Shown: positions 26,388-32,000 of the stretch, one piece after another
Numbering within the stretch: position 1 is the first letter of the stretch
Layout: each line of letters opens with the position of its first letter
Assembly (NCBI GenBank): GCA_016839265.1
Contig: JAEOUO010000003.1
Span: forward strand, 73,493-105,492
Direction of reading: 5' to 3'
DNA length: 32,000 nt
Source: Candidatus Odinarchaeota archaeon
GTDB taxonomy: Archaea > Asgardarchaeota > Odinarchaeia > Odinarchaeales > Odinarchaeaceae
Notes under the pieces: model-generated
Told to the model about the DNA's origin: nothing
Seen by the model: only the letters and a program-made list of their open reading frames with translations
Database searches by the model: none
Program-made: the position numbers and the translations under genes

Positions 26388-27017
26388 ATGAGCTTAGAAA
26401 ACTCGAAGAAAATATTTCAAAGCTTAATTTATTCGAGAAGAAGTATTCGCGTGTTTCAGAAGCGTAAAGTTTCATATAAAAAAATTTTAAAAATATTAGA
26501 ATACGGTGTTTGGGCTCCTTCAGCTCATAATTCTCAGCCTTGGAGATTTATACTAGTATTAAACCAGAACATACGAAGTGAACTTATAGATGAAATGAGT
26601 CGATTATATAAAGAGGATATGATAAAGGATGGTTTAACTGAAGACGAAGTTAACAGAAGACTTTCAAAGTCTAGGATAATGTTAAATGAAGCACCGGTTT
26701 TACTGATTATCTGTATGGATAAAACAGTTTTATGGAGTTATAAAGATAAACAACGGGATGAAAACGAGTTTATTATGGGAGTGCAAAGCGTTGCCGCTGC
26801 AATCCAGAACATTCTACTAGGAGCTCACGCGGAGGGGTTAGGAGCCTGCTGGATGTGCGCGCCTTTATTCTGCAGAACGTTAATCCGTAAAATATTAAGG
26901 CTACCTGAAGAATATGAGCCTCAAGCGTTTATAATTCTAGGCTATCCTGCTGAGAAACCTAATCCACCGCCTAGGAGAAGCGTAAACGAGCTCACTCATA
27001 TAATAAACAGTTTATAA
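26388..27017 (+). CDS. Nitroreductase-fold protein resembling the FbiB C-terminal domain/FbiE (putative dehydro-F420 reductase)
   Basis: RRSIR, APSAHNSQPWRF, EDMIKDG...RRL, SVAAAIQNILL, GACWMCAPLFC; immediately upstream of cofD. Confidence 0.78.
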   Translation: MSLENSKKIFQSLIYSRRSIRVFQKRKVSYKKILKILEYGVWAPSAHNSQPWRFILVLNQNIRSELIDEMSRLYKEDMIKDGLTEDEVNRRLSKSRIMLNEAPVLLIICMDKTVLWSYKDKQRDENEFIMGVQSVAAAIQNILLGAHAEGLGACWMCAPLFCRTLIRKILRLPEEYEPQAFIILGYPAEKPNPPPRRSVNELTHIINSL

Positions 27018-27032
27018 CACGGAGGAGTTACG

Positions 27033-27980
27033 GTGAAGATCACAACGTTAAGCGGAGGAGTTGGCGGGGCTAAACTTGTTAAAGGATTCTATGATATTTT
27101 AAACGAAAATGAGCTTAACGTTATATGTAACACTGGCGATGATCTAGAATTATTCGGATTATATATTTGCCCTGATTTAGATATTGTGATGTATACTTTA
27201 GCTGGTTTAGTTGATGAAGAAAAAGGGTGGGGGGTTAAAAACGATACTTTTCATTGTTTAAAAGCTTTAAACGAATTATATACACGGGAGAACTGGTTTA
27301 ATATAGGGGACTATGATTTAGCTACACATATATATAGAACAGAGCTTTTAGCCAAAGGTTACAGTTTAACTACTGTGACAGAAATTTTATGTAAAAACCT
27401 GGGTTTAGAGAAAGTTAATCTTCAACCGATGAGTGATGATCGGGTTAGAACAATGGTGATGGTTAAACCTAACGTATATATCCCTTTTCAAGAGTATTTT
27501 GTGAAAAGAAAATGCCAGGACCCGGTTTTAAACGTGGTATATGAAGGCGCTGAGAAAGCTAAGCCTGGTGTGAAAGTTTTAGAGACAATAACTAACTCAG
27601 ATATAATAGTTATCTGCCCTAGTAATCCTATAGCGTCTATAGGTCCTATTCTATCAGTTAAAGGTATTCGAGAACATTTAAAGAAGGCGAAAGGGGTTAA
27701 AGTAGCTGTGACACCGATTATTCAAGGAGCTCCTTTGAAGGGGCCTGCGGATAAATTTATGGCCGGAATGGGGTACCAAGTATCAGCGTTAGGTGTAGCT
27801 GAGTATTATAAAAGTTTAGTTGACATATTTATTCTAGATGAGAGGGATACTCATTTAAAAAATAGTATAGAGAAACTAGGTTACAGCGTTCACATAACCG
27901 ATACTGTTATGAATAGTTTAAATGATAAAGTAAAGCTCAGCAAGTTTATATTAGAAACATCTGGGTTGAAGGCTGAGTGA
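27033..27980 (+). CDS. cofD: 2-phospho-L-lactate/PEP transferase CofD
   Basis: LSGGVGGAK, NTGDD, PDLD, GDYDLATH, FQEYFV, PSNP..SIGPIL, GPADK. Confidence 0.95.
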   Translation: MKITTLSGGVGGAKLVKGFYDILNENELNVICNTGDDLELFGLYICPDLDIVMYTLAGLVDEEKGWGVKNDTFHCLKALNELYTRENWFNIGDYDLATHIYRTELLAKGYSLTTVTEILCKNLGLEKVNLQPMSDDRVRTMVMVKPNVYIPFQEYFVKRKCQDPVLNVVYEGAEKAKPGVKVLETITNSDIIVICPSNPIASIGPILSVKGIREHLKKAKGVKVAVTPIIQGAPLKGPADKFMAGMGYQVSALGVAEYYKSLVDIFILDERDTHLKNSIEKLGYSVHITDTVMNSLNDKVKLSKFILETSGLKAE

Positions 27981-27981
27981 A

Positions 27982-28626
27982 ATGAAGTGTAAAGCGAATG
28001 TGATTATTCCGGTTAAAAATCTTTCTAACAGTAAAAATAGGCTTTCAAAAATACTAGGCGGATATCAGAGACAACTGTTGGTTTTAGTGATGTTAGAGGA
28101 TATTATAAGAGAGCTAAGCAACTCCGATTATATAAATAAGATTTATATTTTAACCGATGACGAGGTTTTGAAGAAAACTGTTTTTAATAGCAACGTCGTG
28201 GTAGTTATTCAAGAATATGGTTTAGATATTAACACTTCAATTAAAACTTTTTTAAATAATGTTTACGGAGAGGTTAACAGTCAACCGGTTATAATAATAC
28301 CATCCGATATACCTTTAATTAAATGTGAAACGGTTGAGGAGATTATTAAAAAAATATCGCAAACTAAAAGAAGCGTTATCATATCCCCCGCTCATGATAA
28401 TGGTACTAATTTGATCGCGTTACCGGCTAACCGAATTATAAACTTTCATTACGGAGCGAACAGTTTCCGAGAACATGTCACTGAGATATTAAACACCGGG
28501 TTAAACCCGTTAATATATGATACAGCGGATTTAGAATTAGATTTAGATACACCTGAAGACGTTTATCAGCTGGTACATAGTGGAGTTCACCGTAAAACCG
28601 TCATATATCTTGCAAAAATGCTTTAA
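27982..28626 (+). CDS. cofC: Guanylyltransferase CofC
   Basis: IPVK...SKNRL, SDIPL, DNGTN, YG..SF..H, DLDTPED. Confidence 0.9.
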   Translation: MKCKANVIIPVKNLSNSKNRLSKILGGYQRQLLVLVMLEDIIRELSNSDYINKIYILTDDEVLKKTVFNSNVVVVIQEYGLDINTSIKTFLNNVYGEVNSQPVIIIPSDIPLIKCETVEEIIKKISQTKRSVIISPAHDNGTNLIALPANRIINFHYGANSFREHVTEILNTGLNPLIYDTADLELDLDTPEDVYQLVHSGVHRKTVIYLAKML

Positions 28627-29501
28627 CATTTTATTTTAGAAATAAGATAGTCTATTATAAGTTTCGCTATATCTATTTTTAAAACTTCGTTTAACCCATG
28701 CCAGGAGGGAGCTGCATTAGCTTCAAGCACTTTATATCCTTCGCTAGACTCTAATATATCAATCCCTGTGTAATCTAGCCCCATGATACCAGCTGTTTTA
28801 ACGGCTAATTCTTCAAGCTCCGGGTTTAAAACAAGTTTACACGGTTTAGCTCCCGCTGAAATATTACTCTTCCATTCTCCAGCCTTTGCCACCCGATACA
28901 TTCCACCGATCACATGTCCTCCTATCACGAACACTCTGATATCACGACCAGAGTTTGGAATATATTCTTGAATGTATAAAACTTGATGTAAACGTTTAAT
29001 GGTTTTAATTATACGATAAGATAAATCAGCGTTATCTGATTTAATCGGTCCCAGTCCACGGGAGCCTATTAAGGGTTTAATCACCACGCTACCCCATCTC
29101 TCAGCGGTATTATAAGCTTGCTCAGCATCCTCTGTTACCAGTGTTTTAGGCACAGGGATCCTATTTTTGCTCAGCAACGCTAAAGTAGCGTATTTGTCTT
29201 TAGCTCTTCGAAACGCATACGGTTCGTTAATTAAAATCTTCTTATCAAAGTTTAAATGTTCTAAAAGAGAGATTCTAAATGTTATTTCATCTGTGCTAGC
29301 TGCGCCTAACCCTCTTATAATACCGCCGTCGAAAGATAAAAGCTCTTTGTCAACATAGAATTCATGTTTATCGGAGATGAAAGCGCTGATCTGGTTTAGT
29401 GTAATCATTAAAGGCTGATGCCCTGACTGCTCGATAGCGTCTCTTAGCCGATTTCCAGGCCAACCTAACCTGTTATCACCGCTTAATATCGCTATTTTCA
29501 A
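28623..29501 (-). CDS. RimK-family alpha-L-glutamate ligase (MptN/CofF-like)
   Basis: DKYAT, IPVPKT, IKPLIGSRG, QEYI, DIRVFV, WKSNI, GIDIL, EANAAPSW. Confidence 0.88.
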   Translation of the reverse strand: MKIAILSGDNRLGWPGNRLRDAIEQSGHQPLMITLNQISAFISDKHEFYVDKELLSFDGGIIRGLGAASTDEITFRISLLEHLNFDKKILINEPYAFRRAKDKYATLALLSKNRIPVPKTLVTEDAEQAYNTAERWGSVVIKPLIGSRGLGPIKSDNADLSYRIIKTIKRLHQVLYIQEYIPNSGRDIRVFVIGGHVIGGMYRVAKAGEWKSNISAGAKPCKLVLNPELEELAVKTAGIMGLDYTGIDILESSEGYKVLEANAAPSWHGLNEVLKIDIAKLIIDYLISKIKC

Positions 29502-29633
29502 ATAACCCCCTCACAGAAGTGTATAGATAATTATATTTGTTTTAATATTACGAAACTCTTATATACATGTTGATATAGCAAACTTAATAATTCAAATCTT
29601 AAATATTACTAGGAGTAATTTGAGGGTTCGGTT

Positions 29634-30911
29634 ATGAAAAAACTTAGATTTAACACAAAAGTTGTACACGCAGGTTATAGAGGGGAACCGACTACACATT
29701 CATGTTTCCCTCCAATATACCAGACCGCCGCGTATTATTTCGAAAACACTGAGCATGCTGCTAAACTCTTCGCATTAGAAGAGCAGGGAAACATATACAC
29801 GCGAATAGGGAATCCTACATTGTCCATACTCGAAGAGAAAATATCAGTACTAGAAAACGGAGCTGGGGCTCTTGCAACAGCCTCCGGTCAGGCAGCTATA
29901 ACTCTAGCCGTATTAAACATATGCGAGAACGGTGAAGAAATAATATCATCTTCAAATTTATACGGTGGAACCTATAATCTGTTCGCTGTAACATTAAGAA
30001 AAATGGGTGTAAAAACATATTTCGTAGACCCAAGCGATATTAAAAATTTCAGTGAAAAAATAACTTATAAAACTAAAGCAATATATGTGGAAACACTAGG
30101 GAACCCGAAACTGGACATGGTGGATTTAGAGAAAATCTCTAAAATCGCCCACGACAATGATATCCCACTGATAGTAGATAACACGGTAACTACACCTTAT
30201 TTAATCCAGCCTGTGGAATACGGAGCGGATATAATAGTTCACTCCATGACTAAATATTTAAGCGGACACGGGAACACTATAGCAGGTATCATAGTTGATT
30301 CAGGTCGTTTCGACTGGAGTAGAAAACCGTTTAAAGGATTAACTGAACCTGATCCTAGCTATCATGGAGTAAACTATCTTAAAAGCTTCGGTGAAAAAGC
30401 ATATATAACTAAAGCGCGAGTTCAGCTTCTAAGAGATTTAGGGCCTTCACTGAGCCCGTTCAACGCCTATCTTATACTTCAAGGAATTGAAACACTTCAC
30501 TTAAGAATGCAACGACAATGCGATAACGCTTTAAAAATCGCTGAATATTTAAGTCAACATCCTAAAGTAGCATGGGTTAATTATCCGGGTCTTCCAGACC
30601 ACCCGACGCATAAACTAGCTAAAAAATATTTAAGAAACGGTTACGGAGCAATAATAGGGTTTGGAATTAAAGGCGGTTTAAAAGCTGGTAAAAAATTCAT
30701 CGACTCACTTAAAGTTTTTTCACATGTAGCCAATATAGGAGACGTTAAATCACTAGCCATACATCCGGCTAGTACAACACATCAACAGTTAACTGAAAAA
30801 GAGAGACTACTCGCTGGTGTAACAGATGATTTTATAAGACTTTCAATCGGTATTGAAGATGTAAACGATTTAATAGAAGATTTAGATAACGCAATTCAAG
30901 CATGTGGTTGA
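29634..30911 (+). CDS. metY: O-acetylhomoserine sulfhydrylase
   Basis: [34 protein letters not shown] (PLP Lys), [19 protein letters not shown]. Confidence 0.93.
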   Translation: MKKLRFNTKVVHAGYRGEPTTHSCFPPIYQTAAYYFENTEHAAKLFALEEQGNIYTRIGNPTLSILEEKISVLENGAGALATASGQAAITLAVLNICENGEEIISSSNLYGGTYNLFAVTLRKMGVKTYFVDPSDIKNFSEKITYKTKAIYVETLGNPKLDMVDLEKISKIAHDNDIPLIVDNTVTTPYLIQPVEYGADIIVHSMTKYLSGHGNTIAGIIVDSGRFDWSRKPFKGLTEPDPSYHGVNYLKSFGEKAYITKARVQLLRDLGPSLSPFNAYLILQGIETLHLRMQRQCDNALKIAEYLSQHPKVAWVNYPGLPDHPTHKLAKKYLRNGYGAIIGFGIKGGLKAGKKFIDSLKVFSHVANIGDVKSLAIHPASTTHQQLTEKERLLAGVTDDFIRLSIGIEDVNDLIEDLDNAIQACG

Positions 30912-30912
30912 A

Positions 30913-32000
30913 ATGACGGAGTATGAGGAGAATACAGTAGGCCTTGTTGAAACAAAATACATCACGTTTGAAGAGGGAGTTCAACTTACAAGCGGTGTGA
31001 CTTTAAAACCGATTACAGTAGCTTATGAAACATACGGGGAGTTGAATAAAGATAAAAGCAACGCAATATTAATAGAGTCCACTCTAACCGCTGACGCTCA
31101 TGCAGCGGGAATCAATAAAGAAGGTCAAGTAGGATGGTGGGATATGCTAGTGGGACCTAATAAAGCATTCGACACCTACCAGTACTTTGTAATATGCACA
31201 AATGTGTTAGGAGGCTGCAAAGGAACAACAGGCCCCGCCTCAATTAATCCTAAAACTAAAAAACCATACGGCTTAGATTTCCCAGTGATTACAATCGAAG
31301 ATATGGTGAAAGTTCAGAAAATGCTAATAGATTATTTTGGAATAAAAAAACTTTACGCGGTGGTAGGAGGCTCCATGGGTGGAATGCAAGCCCTCCAATG
31401 GTTAGTAGACTACCCTGAGCATGTTAGAAAAGCAATAGTAATCGCAACCTCCGCTAGAAACTCCGCTATGTGCATCGCATTCAACCAGGTTGGAAGAGTC
31501 GCGATAATGTCTGATCCAAACTGGAATGGAGGAGACTATTACGGTAAGGAGCCTCCTCGAGCAGGGTTAGCTTTAGCCAGAATGATAGGGCATATAACTT
31601 ATTTAAGCGATAGCTCTATGCGTGAAAAATTCGGTAGAAGACTACAGGGAAAAGAAAGCTACGGATATGATTTCAACATAGAATTCCAAGTTGAAAGCTA
31701 CCTGCAATATAAAGGAGCGCATTTCGTTAAAAGATTCGATGCGAACTCATATCTTTATTTAACGAGAGCAATAGACTACTTTGATCTCACAAATAATGGG
31801 AAAAGATCTTTAATCGAAGCCTTCAAAAATGTGAAAAGTAAAGTGTTAGTTATCGGCATAAGCTCAGACTGGTTGTATCCAACCTACCAGCAGAAGGAAA
31901 TAGTTTTAGCGTTATCCGCGAATAACGTGGATGTTACATACCAGGAGTTAGAATCAGAATACGGCCACGACGCTTTCCTAGTTGAGAAAGGTCAAATGAA
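30913..32000 (+). CDS. metX: Homoserine O-acetyltransferase, 3' end runs off the window
   Basis: Manual translation from ATG 30913: [30 protein letters not shown] (Ser), SSDWLYP (Asp), GHDAFL (His). Not in the ORF track. Confidence 0.93.
   Translation, partial: MTEYEENTVGLVETKYITFEEGVQLTSGVTLKPITVAYETYGELNKDKSNAILIESTLTADAHAAGINKEGQVGWWDMLVGPNKAFDTYQYFVICTNVLGGCKGTTGPASINPKTKKPYGLDFPVITIEDMVKVQKMLIDYFGIKKLYAVVGGSMGGMQALQWLVDYPEHVRKAIVIATSARNSAMCIAFNQVGRVAIMSDPNWNGGDYYGKEPPRAGLALARMIGHITYLSDSSMREKFGRRLQGKESYGYDFNIEFQVESYLQYKGAHFVKRFDANSYLYLTRAIDYFDLTNNGKRSLIEAFKNVKSKVLVIGISSDWLYPTYQQKEIVLALSANNVDVTYQELESEYGHDAFLVEKGQM

Noticed and set aside
28783-29358. ORFs 28783..28971 and 29167..29358
   Set aside because: Antisense to the RimK-family ligase
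23626-29563. Identical 13-mer CGAAACTCTTATA at 23626 and 29551
   Set aside because: Matches of this length are expected by chance in 32 kb of AT-rich DNA; the 29551 copy is plausibly just a BRE/TATA promoter
29502-29633. SAM riboswitch or leader upstream of metY
   Set aside because: Short AT-rich divergent spacer with no structured GC-rich element
1-32000. tRNA, rRNA, CRISPR arrays, IS elements or integrases
   Set aside because: No tRNA-like GC-rich intergenic segments, periodic repeats, terminal inverted repeats or transposase/integrase motifs seen

Overview
AT-rich, densely coding archaeal chromosomal segment. Archaeal origin is supported by the proteasome alpha subunit, archaeal-type ProRS, CofC/CofD and GGTGA/GGAGG ribosome-binding sites; a finer assignment (TACK/Asgard-like) is only an impression and needs a phylogeny. 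From left to right: a partial radical SAM gene and an Mrp/NBP35 ATPase; a decayed UPF0175/PIN toxin-antitoxin pair missed by the ORF track; an AmiS/UreI channel with an M20 deacylase; AIM24; an intact VapBC pair; a lipoylation-related cluster (radical SAM, lipoate ligase-DUF116 fusion, LipS-type radical SAM, Rieske ferredoxin); two orphan soluble proteins; an operon of APC permease, secreted class I glutamine-amidotransferase-like glycoprotein and small membrane protein; an AT-rich block with an atypical kinase, a frameshifted multi-TM protein with a HEPN-like RxxxxH domain and a rhomboid protease; housekeeping genes (B3/4 protein, proS, psmA with a probable ACG start); nikR plus an F420 biosynthesis cluster (FbiB-C/FbiE-like nitroreductase, cofD, cofC) and a RimK-family ligase; and metY-metX. 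I found no rRNA, tRNA, CRISPR array, transposase or integrase. All family calls come from motif recognition by eye, not database searches.
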